Source: an uncultured Eubacteriales bacterium (GTDB lineage: Bacteria > Acidobacteriota > Aminicenantia > Aminicenantales > Saccharicenantaceae). From it: 43,002 bases of DNA. Shown here one piece after another: positions 7,580 through 15,257 of the stretch. The notes beneath the pieces are model-generated. The model made no database searches. It was not told the origin of the DNA and saw only the letters and a program-made list of their open reading frames with translations. Positions within the stretch are counted from its first letter, which is position 1. Every line of letters begins with the position of its first letter. A program made the position numbers and the translations under genes. The stretch covers positions 1 through 43,002 of the forward strand of contig CAYOYQ010000002.1 in the NCBI GenBank assembly GCA_964408215.1, read 5' to 3'.

Positions 7580-8326
7580 TCAGCGCCGCTCGCGGCGGGC
7601 TTGGCGCCGGATGCGCCAGAGGTCCTTGAGCATCCCCCAGGACCCTTTGACGATCTTCAGGCGGCTGGGCCGGGCGTCGCACCAGGTGACCGGGATCTCG
7701 ACGACGAGGTAGCCGAGGTCGCGGCAGAGGACCAGGACCTCGACGTCGAAGCCGAAGCCCTCCGTCCGCAGGCGCGGGAAGATCGCCCGGGCGACTTCGC
7801 GCCGGAAGCCCTTGAAGCCGCACTGGGTGTCGCGGTAGCCCCGCAGGACGAACAGCCGGACGAGGACGTTGAAGGCCTGGCCCATGAGCTCGCGCGGCCG
7901 GCGCTGGCGGACCTTGATCGTCGAATCCGGGAGGGCCCGCGAGCCGATGACGGCGTCGGCCCCGGCCTCGATCGCGGCCAGGACCTTGTCCAGCTCCTCG
8001 ATCGGGGTGGCCAGGTCGTCGTCCGTGAAAAGGACGATCTCCCCCGCCGCCGCGAGCACGCCCTCGCGGACCGCGGCCCCCTTGCCGCGGTTCGTTCCCA
8101 GGCGGAGCACCTTCAGGCCGACCGGGCCGGTCCTGGCCGCGCCGGCCGCCGCGGCCGTGCGGTCGAAGCTCCCGTCGTCGACGGCCACGATCTCCGAGGC
8201 GAACGGCTTGGCCGCGAGAAAGGCGGCGACCGTCTCGAGCGCACCGGCGATGCGCGCTTCTTTGTTGAAAGTCGGGACGACGACGGAAAGCCGGATCGGG
8301 GTCGGGGTTGGATCGGGCCGGCTCAT
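7580..8326 (-). CDS. GT2-family glycosyltransferase (polyprenyl-phosphate sugar transferase-like)
   Basis: Motifs are LSVVVPTFNKE, VDDGSFDRT and TDDDLATP (DxD). The start is set at the internal ATG 8326 (MSRPDPTP). Confidence 0.85.
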   Translation of the reverse strand: MSRPDPTPTPIRLSVVVPTFNKEARIAGALETVAAFLAAKPFASEIVAVDDGSFDRTAAAAGAARTGPVGLKVLRLGTNRGKGAAVREGVLAAAGEIVLFTDDDLATPIEELDKVLAAIEAGADAVIGSRALPDSTIKVRQRRPRELMGQAFNVLVRLFVLRGYRDTQCGFKGFRREVARAIFPRLRTEGFGFDVEVLVLCRDLGYLVVEIPVTWCDARPSRLKIVKGSWGMLKDLWRIRRQARRERR

Positions 8327-8438
8327 CGGAACGCTTCCCGGGGCACGGGCATTATAAAAGAACCGTTTTGAAAAAACCATTTTTGGATTAAAATGGGGTT
8401 TCCCGACCATGCGCCTTCCATCCGCCGAAGGAGATGCC

Positions 8439-10853
8439 ATGAAAGCCCAATCGACCCGTCTGGCCGTCCTCTGCGCCGCGGCGCTTCTCGTCGTCACGGC
8501 GGTCGTCGCCCAAGAGCCCTACAAGGTCCCGCCGAAGGAGGTCGTCGACATCGTCACCGCGCCGCCGACGCCCACGGTCTCGATGAGCCCGGCGGGCGAC
8601 ACGATGGCTCTGGTCGACCGCGAGTCGATGCCGACGATCGCGTATCTCTCCGAGCCCATCCTCCGCATCGCCGGCATGCGCATCACGCCCTCGTTCAACA
8701 GCCGCCAGGTGCTGAGCTTCTCGACCGGCCTCGCGCTCAAGGACATGAAGACCGGCGTCCTGCGCCGGGTCGCCCTGCCGGCGGACTTCAAGTTCTCCTC
8801 CGGCATGCGCGGCGTCGCCTGGTCCCCCGACGGCCGGCGCATCGCCCTTCTCGGCTATGCCGAGGGCGGCGTCGAGCTCTGGGTCGTCGACGTCCCGACG
8901 GCGGAAGCCAAGCCCCTGACAAAGCCCGTCGTCAACGCCCTCCTCGGCGGCGTCGATTGGATGCCGGACAGCCGCCGGCTCGTCGTCTCCCTGGTCCCCG
9001 AGGACCGCGGCCCCGCCCCGGTCGCGCCTCGCGTCCCGATCGGCCCGGAGATCCAGGTCTCGGGCGGCCGGGAAGCCAAGGTCGCCACCTACCAGGACCT
9101 CAACAAGACGGCCTTCGACGAGGTCCTTTTCGACTACTACGCGACGTCCCAGACGGCCTTCGTCGACGCCGTGACCGGCGAGATCCGCAAGGTCGGCCGG
9201 CCCGGCGTCTTCGACGGGATCTCCGTCGCCCCGTCCATGCAGTATCTCCTCGTCAGCCGGATCAAGCGGCCGTATTCCTACGCCCTGCCCGCCAACGGCT
9301 TCGCCCATGCCCAGGAGATCTGGGACATGGACGGGGGCCTGGTCAAGGTCGTCGCCGACCTGCCCAACGAGGAGGGCGTCCCCATCAACGGCGTGCCCAA
9401 GGGCCCGCGCAACGTCGGCTGGATGACCCACAAGCCGGCGACGCTCGTCTGGACCGAGGCCCTCGACGGCGGCGACCCCAAGGCGACGGTCCCCTTCCGC
9501 GACCGCTACGTCGCCCTCGACGCGCCGTTCGCCGGCGAGCCGAAGGAGCTCCTCAAGCTCCAGGAGCGGGCCGCGGGGCTCCAGTACTTCGCGGCGCCCG
9601 GCAAGGCCCTGGCCTCCCAGAGCGAGTGGAAGCGCAGCTGGCGGACGACCTTTCTCGTCGACCTGGCCGATCCCGCCGCGGCGCCGGTCAAGGTCTGGGA
9701 CCTGAGCACGCGGGACAGCTACAAGAACCCCGGCCGGCCGGTGACGACCGCGCTCAAGACCGGCGAGCGGGTCATCCTCCAGGACAAGGACTGGATCTAC
9801 CTCACCGGGGCCGGCTCGTCGCCCCGGGGCGACCATCCCTTCCTCGACCGGATGAACATCAAGACGCTCAAGGTCGAGCGGCTCTGGCAGTGCCAGGACC
9901 CGGCCTATGAGACGTTCGTGGATTTCGCCGGCCCCTCGCGGACGAAGCTCATCACCAGTTCCGAGACCAAGACCGATCCGCCCAACTACTACTTCTACGA
10001 CCTCAAGACCAAAAAGCGGACGGCCCTGACCGATTTCAAGGACCCGGCGCCGCAGCTGACCGGCATCCGCAAAGAGCGGATCACTTACAAGCGGGCCGAC
10101 GGCCTCGAGCTCAGCGGCACGCTCTACCTGCCGCCGGGATACAAGGACGGCACGCGCCTGCCCGTCGTCGTCTGGGCCTACCCGATGGAGTACGACTCGG
10201 CGTCCACGGCCGGACAGGTGCGGGGATCGGTCAACCGGTTCACTTTTTACCGGGGGACCTCCCAGCTCCTCTTCGTTACCCAGGGCTACGCCGTCCTCGA
10301 CAACGCCGAGATGCCGGTCGTCGGCACCCCCGAAAAGGTCAACGACACGTTCGTCCAACAGATCGTTTCCAACGCCGAGGCGGCCATCCGCAAGCTCGAC
10401 GAGATGGGCGTCGGCGATCCCAGGCGCGTCGGCGTCGGGGGGCACAGCTACGGGGCCTTCATGACGGCCAACCTCCTCGCCCACTGCGATCTCTTCGCCG
10501 CCGGCATCGCCCGCAGCGGCGCCTACAACCGGACCCTGACCCCCTTCGGTTTCCAGAGCGAGCGCCGGACCCTCTGGGAGGCGCCCGAGACCTACATCAA
10601 GATGTCGCCGTTCATGTTCGCCGACAAGATCAAGACGCCGCTGCTGATGATCCACGGCATGGCCGACAACAACTCGGGCACGTTCCCCATCCAGTCGGAG
10701 CGCCTCTTCGCCGCGCTCAAGGGCTTCGGCGCGACGGTCCGTTTCGTCTATCTGCCCTACGAGAGCCACGGCTACTCCGCGCGCGAATCGGTCCTCGACG
10801 TGCTGGCCGAGATGTTCGAATGGTTCGACACCTACGTGAAGAACAGGAAATGA
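8439..10853 (+). CDS. Exported S9-family serine peptidase (prolyl oligopeptidase / dipeptidyl peptidase-like)
   Basis: The signal peptide is MKAQSTRLAVLCAAALLVVTAVVAQ. The RBS GAAGGAG lies 5 nt upstream of the ATG. GGHSYGAF is the GxSxG nucleophile motif, within a C-terminal alpha/beta-hydrolase region. Confidence 0.85.
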   Translation: MKAQSTRLAVLCAAALLVVTAVVAQEPYKVPPKEVVDIVTAPPTPTVSMSPAGDTMALVDRESMPTIAYLSEPILRIAGMRITPSFNSRQVLSFSTGLALKDMKTGVLRRVALPADFKFSSGMRGVAWSPDGRRIALLGYAEGGVELWVVDVPTAEAKPLTKPVVNALLGGVDWMPDSRRLVVSLVPEDRGPAPVAPRVPIGPEIQVSGGREAKVATYQDLNKTAFDEVLFDYYATSQTAFVDAVTGEIRKVGRPGVFDGISVAPSMQYLLVSRIKRPYSYALPANGFAHAQEIWDMDGGLVKVVADLPNEEGVPINGVPKGPRNVGWMTHKPATLVWTEALDGGDPKATVPFRDRYVALDAPFAGEPKELLKLQERAAGLQYFAAPGKALASQSEWKRSWRTTFLVDLADPAAAPVKVWDLSTRDSYKNPGRPVTTALKTGERVILQDKDWIYLTGAGSSPRGDHPFLDRMNIKTLKVERLWQCQDPAYETFVDFAGPSRTKLITSSETKTDPPNYYFYDLKTKKRTALTDFKDPAPQLTGIRKERITYKRADGLELSGTLYLPPGYKDGTRLPVVVWAYPMEYDSASTAGQVRGSVNRFTFYRGTSQLLFVTQGYAVLDNAEMPVVGTPEKVNDTFVQQIVSNAEAAIRKLDEMGVGDPRRVGVGGHSYGAFMTANLLAHCDLFAAGIARSGAYNRTLTPFGFQSERRTLWEAPETYIKMSPFMFADKIKTPLLMIHGMADNNSGTFPIQSERLFAALKGFGATVRFVYLPYESHGYSARESVLDVLAEMFEWFDTYVKNRK

Positions 10854-10906
10854 ACACGATATTTCCACAGAGTTTGTGCATAAGCCTGTGGAAAAGCCTG
10901 GGCAGG

Positions 10907-11809
10907 ATGTCCCTAAAGAGTTGTCGGACGCGGACTTTTGAGAAATTGCACACGGTCTGTGCAGCGCGCGCGCTCGTCCTCGCGGCCGCGGCCTTCGCCG
11001 TCGCGTGCGGCCCGACCGCGCCCGCGCCGGCGGGGGGACCTCTGGCGATCCTCGTCACGAACGACGACGGCATCGGGGCCCCGGGGATCGCCGCCCTGGC
11101 CGAGGCCCTGCGCCCTCTGGGCCCGGTGACGGTCGCCGCGCCCGATCAGGGCCGCTCGGGCGCGAGCCACGGCGTCACCTCGGACCGGCCCATCGCCGTC
11201 AGGGAGGTCGATCGTGACGGCATCCGCTGGCTGGCCATCGACGCCCTGCCGGCCACCTGCGTCCGCCTGGCCGTCGAGAAGCTCCTCCCGGCGAGGCCGG
11301 CGATCGTCATCTCGGGCATCAACGGCGGCGAGAACCTGGGCACGGTCACGTTCTATTCGGCCACGATCGGCGCCGCCCGCGAGGCCGCCCTGCTGGGCCT
11401 CCCGGCCATGGCCGTCAACCTGGCCGCCAGGGGCCGCGCGGACTTCGGCCCGGCCGCCGCGGTGACGGCCGAGATCGTCCGGTCCCTCGGCCGCGGCGGC
11501 ATCGCCCGAGGGACCTTCCTCAACGTCAATATCCCGGCCCTGCCGCGCGAGCGCCTGCGCGGCGTGCGGGTGGTACGCCAGGACACCCGGGCCCCGATCG
11601 ATTTCTTCGAGGAGTTGCCCTCGCCCGAAGGCCTGACCCTCTACAAGCCCGGCTGGAAACACCTCGAGCCGGCCGGAGAGGACACCGACATCTGGGTCGT
11701 GCGCAACGGCTATGTCGCGGTCTCGGTCCTCGGCATCGACCAGTCGGCTGCCGCGCCGCCCGCGGCCGCGCTCGCGGTGAAGCGCCTCGAGAGCCTAGCC
11801 CTCCGCTGA
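10907..11809 (+). CDS. surE: 5'/3'-nucleotidase SurE with an N-terminal lipoprotein-like signal
   Basis: ILVTNDDGIGAPGIAALAEAL and ISGINGGENLG are SurE signatures. The N-terminus ...ARALVLAAAAFAVAC|G looks like a lipobox. The alternative start is ATG 10850. Confidence 0.8.
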   Translation: MSLKSCRTRTFEKLHTVCAARALVLAAAAFAVACGPTAPAPAGGPLAILVTNDDGIGAPGIAALAEALRPLGPVTVAAPDQGRSGASHGVTSDRPIAVREVDRDGIRWLAIDALPATCVRLAVEKLLPARPAIVISGINGGENLGTVTFYSATIGAAREAALLGLPAMAVNLAARGRADFGPAAAVTAEIVRSLGRGGIARGTFLNVNIPALPRERLRGVRVVRQDTRAPIDFFEELPSPEGLTLYKPGWKHLEPAGEDTDIWVVRNGYVAVSVLGIDQSAAAPPAAALAVKRLESLALR

Positions 11810-11838
11810 TTGACATCGGCGAAGTTCGGACGTAGCAT
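11810..11838 (+). promoter_or_regulatory. Candidate sigma70-type promoter
   Basis: The sequence is TTGACA (11810-11815), 17 nt, TAGCAT (11833-11838). It lies 26 nt upstream of the GTG start at 11864. Confidence 0.4.
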
Positions 11839-11863
11839 CTAGGCAGTCCGAAGGGGGCCAACT

Positions 11864-14332
11864 GTGACCCGGTGCCCGGTCTGTTCGGGAGAGAACGCCG
11901 ACACCCAGCGCTTCTGCGGGGAATGCGGCACCCCGCTCCCCGCCAGCTCCTACCGGGCGGCGCCCCCGGCCGACGACGAGACCCTGCTCCTGCCGACCGT
12001 CGACCTCCTTCCCGGGACCGTCTTCGCCCAGCGCTACCAGATCATCGAGGAGCTCGGGGCCGGCGGCATGGGCCGGGTCTACCGCGCTCTCGACCGGAAG
12101 CTCGACGAGGAGATCGCGATCAAGGTCATCCGGCCGGACGTCGCCTCGGACCGCTCGGCCCTCGAGCGGTTCGCCTCGGAGCTCAAGCTGGCCCGCCAGA
12201 TCGTGCACCGCAACGTCGCCCGGATGTTCGATCTCAGCGAGTCCGGGCGCATTCCCTTCATCACCATGGAGTACGTCCGGGGCGAGAATCTGAAGCGCCT
12301 CATCCGCAAGGTCGGCCGCCTCGCCCCGGCCCAGGCCCTGCCGATCGCCGCCGAGATCTGCCGGGGGCTCGCCGAGGCCCACCGGCTCGGCATCGTCCAC
12401 CGCGACCTCAAGCCCCAGAACGTCATGATCGACGAGGAGGGCCAGGCCCGGATCCTGGACTTCGGGCTGGCCCGGCTCGCCAGGGGCCGGGTGACCGAGG
12501 CCCGCATGTCGCGGAGCGGCACGCCCGCCTACATCTCGCCCGAGCAGATCACGGGCCAGGCCGTCGACGGACGCTCCGACCTCTATTCGCTGGGCGTCGT
12601 TCTCTACGAGATGCTGACGGGGCAGACGCCCTTCCAATCGGAGAGCGTCGAGGAGATCATCGACAGGCACGTTCACGAGCCCCCGCCGGACCCGCGCCAG
12701 GTCAACCCCGGGCTTTCCGCCGGGCTCAGCGCGCTCGTCCTGCGGCTCCTGGAGAAGGACCCGGCCCGGCGTTTTCAAAGCGCGGACGAGGCGGGACAGG
12801 CCCTGTCCGAGCTGGAAGACCGTGTCGCGCCCGCCGCGTGGGTGAAGCGGCTGCGGCTCGCCGGGGCCGCGGCCGCGGTCGGAACCTTAGCCCTCGGAGC
12901 CTGGCTCCTGTGGGGCGGCGGGCCCCGCGAGGACTCGATCGCCGTGCTGCCGGTCGAAGCGACGGGCGCCGAAGCCAGGCACCAGGTCCTCCTCAAAGGC
13001 CTCCAGAGCGGTATCACGGAGAAGCTCCTCAGCATCCCCAGCCTGGTGACCGTTCCCGAGCGCACGGTGGGCGCCGTCGATCTCGAGGGCAAGAGCTACC
13101 CTCAGATCGGGGCGCTCCTCGGCGCGAAATACCTTTTGAGCCTCAAGGCGAGATTCGAGGGGGACAAGATCGAAGCCACCATCTCCCTCATCGACGCCAA
13201 GCGAGACCGGGTCTTGCCGCCCCGGAAATACGAGAAGATCTCCCCGGACTACCGCCTCCTCCAGGATGAGATCACCCGCTACACGGCCCAGATCCTCAGC
13301 GTCGATATCGCCGGGGATATGCTCGACAAGATCAGCCACCGGGGCACGGCCAACATCGAAGCCTACAGCCTTTATCTCGAAGGAATGAAGCTGCTCGAAG
13401 GGGACAGCGAGGAGGACATCCGGGCGGCCGTCGGCAAGCAGGAGCAGGCGATCGCCATCGATCCCGGCTACGCCCTCGCCTATTGGGCAGCGGGCATGGC
13501 CTGCGAGAACCTTTACTACAAGGCGAACCAAAAGGACGACGCCCTCCTGCAGAAGATGTACGCTTTTCTCATCAAGGCGTCGTCCCTCGACGCGTCCTTC
13601 GCCGAGACGAACCTCGGGCTCGGCTGGTACTTCTTCAACATGAGGGACAACGCCCGGGCCTGCGCCTCGTTCAAGAGGGCCCTGGAGCTCGAGCCCCGCA
13701 AGGCCCTGGTCAACCGGGACGCCGGCGCTTTCCTGCGGAGCATCGCCCTTTATCAGCCGGCCATCCGGCGGCTCGGGAGGGCCCTCGAGCTGGCCCCTCA
13801 GGACGCCGAAGCCCTGGCCCAGATCGCCCTATCGTGGTACTTGCTCGGGCGATTCGAGAAGGGCCTTCAGTACGCCCGCCGGGCCGTCAGGGCGAACCCG
13901 GGCAGTCAGGATGCCGCGATCGTTTACGCCACCTTGCTCGTCGCGAGCCGGCGCTTCGAGGAAGCGGACCGGGAGCTCGACCTCATGGAGAGACGGGGGA
14001 GTCCCACCGAATGGCTCCTCAGCTTCCGCGCGGTGGCCGCCGCGCTGAAAGGCGACCGCGATCAGGCCGAAGCCTTCCTTAACGAGAAGCTGACGGGTAC
14101 GCCGCTGAGGACCTACGTCTACGTGCTGATGGGAGAGAAGGACCGGGCCATCGCCAACATCCGGGCCGGCATCGACCGGGGTTTCGGCGACGGCACCTAT
14201 TATTATTCCTATCCGTCGCTGGCCGGGAACCCGCAGTACAAGGGCCTCCGCGGCGACCCGCGCTTCAAGGCCATCCTTAAGGAACGAAAAGCGGTCTATC
14301 TTCGGGAGCTCAAACCTCTCGAAAAGCTCTAA
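11864..14332 (+). CDS. Zinc-ribbon / Hanks Ser/Thr kinase / TM / TolB-N-like / TPR protein
   Basis: The GTG start is preceded by AAGGGGG. The zinc ribbon is CPVCSGEN...FCGECGTPL. Kinase motifs are GAGGMGRVY, IAIKVI, HRDLKPQN, DFGLA and PAYISPEQ. A TM helix follows, then IAVLPVEA... and TPR-like repeats. Confidence 0.85.
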   Translation: MTRCPVCSGENADTQRFCGECGTPLPASSYRAAPPADDETLLLPTVDLLPGTVFAQRYQIIEELGAGGMGRVYRALDRKLDEEIAIKVIRPDVASDRSALERFASELKLARQIVHRNVARMFDLSESGRIPFITMEYVRGENLKRLIRKVGRLAPAQALPIAAEICRGLAEAHRLGIVHRDLKPQNVMIDEEGQARILDFGLARLARGRVTEARMSRSGTPAYISPEQITGQAVDGRSDLYSLGVVLYEMLTGQTPFQSESVEEIIDRHVHEPPPDPRQVNPGLSAGLSALVLRLLEKDPARRFQSADEAGQALSELEDRVAPAAWVKRLRLAGAAAAVGTLALGAWLLWGGGPREDSIAVLPVEATGAEARHQVLLKGLQSGITEKLLSIPSLVTVPERTVGAVDLEGKSYPQIGALLGAKYLLSLKARFEGDKIEATISLIDAKRDRVLPPRKYEKISPDYRLLQDEITRYTAQILSVDIAGDMLDKISHRGTANIEAYSLYLEGMKLLEGDSEEDIRAAVGKQEQAIAIDPGYALAYWAAGMACENLYYKANQKDDALLQKMYAFLIKASSLDASFAETNLGLGWYFFNMRDNARACASFKRALELEPRKALVNRDAGAFLRSIALYQPAIRRLGRALELAPQDAEALAQIALSWYLLGRFEKGLQYARRAVRANPGSQDAAIVYATLLVASRRFEEADRELDLMERRGSPTEWLLSFRAVAAALKGDRDQAEAFLNEKLTGTPLRTYVYVLMGEKDRAIANIRAGIDRGFGDGTYYYSYPSLAGNPQYKGLRGDPRFKAILKERKAVYLRELKPLEKL

Positions 14333-14353
14333 ACTCACAAAAGGGAGGGTTCC

Positions 14354-14932
14354 ATGGAAAGACCGAACGTCGGCAAGACCTGGGGCATCGCGGCGGCCAT
14401 CCTCGTCGTGGTCCTCGCGTCTGCGGGCCTCCTTCTCTGGACTTCATCGCCGGCCAAAGCCCAGGCGGGCCAGGAGTGTTGCCCGTCCGTATTCGTCCAG
14501 TGGCGTCCCGGATCGATCCTCGAAGCCAAGTTCGCGGCGCGTCTGGCCGAAGACAACAGTTCCATCCAGAACGGCCTGCAGGCGTTCGCGAAAAATCGCG
14601 ACATGACACCTGACGATATGCTGGAATACGTCGGGAATACCTACCTGAGGGGTCCTCGCCTCTGGACGAGCCACGGTTGGATCGACGGATGGGAGGCCAT
14701 CCTGCCGCTGCTTAAAGAGATCATCCTTCCCGGCAGCCGTCCGGTCATCCATACGGTCTCGGCCGCTATCGAGTATCAGCCGTTACTCGGCGCCAAGGAT
14801 CCGGCGGCGGATATCGACGCCGTGGCTACGGTGCAGATGACCTTCTCGGCCAGTCCGGCCGATACGATTCTGGTCGGGAAGCTCTGCCACAGCCGGATTT
14901 GCGAAGTTCTGAGCTCTTGCGAAAAGCATTGA
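14354..14932 (+). CDS. Hypothetical membrane-anchored or exported Cys-rich protein
   Basis: A strong RBS (AAGGGAGGG) lies 4 nt upstream of the ATG. The N-terminal hydrophobic segment is WGIAAAILVVVLASAGLLLW. I recognise no family. Confidence 0.6.
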   Translation: MERPNVGKTWGIAAAILVVVLASAGLLLWTSSPAKAQAGQECCPSVFVQWRPGSILEAKFAARLAEDNSSIQNGLQAFAKNRDMTPDDMLEYVGNTYLRGPRLWTSHGWIDGWEAILPLLKEIILPGSRPVIHTVSAAIEYQPLLGAKDPAADIDAVATVQMTFSASPADTILVGKLCHSRICEVLSSCEKH

Positions 14933-14951
14933 TCCCGCCGCCCGGCGCGGC

Positions 14952-15146
14952 TCAGTGGAGGACTTCCGTCCAGAGCCAGTAGAGGAATGCGCCGAGGTAA
15001 ACGACGAGCAGGACGGCGGCCACGATATTGACGGCGTCGTTGATCCGCTTCCACAGGGGCGAGGCGCGACGGCGGCCGCGCGTATTGAGCTTCGGCAGGG
15101 CGTAGAGCAGCGCGATCGCCAGCAGCAGGACGAGCCACTTTCTCAT
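14952..15146 (-). CDS. Small (64 aa) two-TM membrane protein, hypothetical
   Basis: The product is MRKWLVLLLAIALLYALPKLNTRGRRRASPLWKRINDAVNIVAAVLLVVYLGAFLYWLWTEVLH, two hydrophobic helices around a basic loop. Codons are GC3-rich like their neighbours. It is the 3' tail of the otherwise spurious track ORF 14952..16133. Confidence 0.45.
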   Translation of the reverse strand: MRKWLVLLLAIALLYALPKLNTRGRRRASPLWKRINDAVNIVAAVLLVVYLGAFLYWLWTEVLH

Positions 15147-15204
15147 CCCCGGCATTATCTCTTCTCTTGCGGCGGCACACAACTGATTTGATCCGGGGGG
15201 CGCG

Positions 15205-15233
15205 TTGACAGGCGGCCCCGATGGGGATATCCT
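15205..15233 (+). promoter_or_regulatory. Candidate sigma70-type promoter
   Basis: The sequence is TTGACA (15205-15210), 17 nt, TATCCT (15228-15233). It lies 25 nt upstream of ATG 15258. Confidence 0.4.
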
Positions 15234-15257
15234 TCCGCCAACGACCCAGGGAACCCG

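Noticed and set aside
6015-7712. A 565-aa plus-strand ORF, and other same-strand out-of-frame ORFs (1783..2973 portion, 8393..9910, 11872..13269, 16133..16999, 26121..27170, 28588..29373).
   Set aside because: These are alternative frames of well-supported genes. Their Arg/Pro/Gly-rich composition is typical of the +1/+2 frames of GC3-rich genes, and they have no independent start signals.
8388-10868. An 826-aa minus-strand ORF covering the whole S9 peptidase gene. Similar long antisense ORFs are at 1439..2824, 4603..6003, 11795..12778, 14952..16133 (5' part), 16836..18521, 25582..27132 and 28458..30608.
   Set aside because: Each lies exactly antisense to a gene with clear family motifs. Their translations are low-complexity Arg/Gly/Asp/Glu/Pro/Ala strings with no recognisable domain, and they lack RBS support. 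Stop-codon-poor antisense frames are expected at about 70% GC.
10861-10895. A possible replication origin, suggested by two DnaA-box-like 9-mers.
   Set aside because: There are only two boxes, no adjacent A/T-rich unwinding element, no dnaA, dnaN or gidA nearby, and the site sits in a 53-nt spacer between two co-oriented genes. It is kept only as a possible operator or hairpin.
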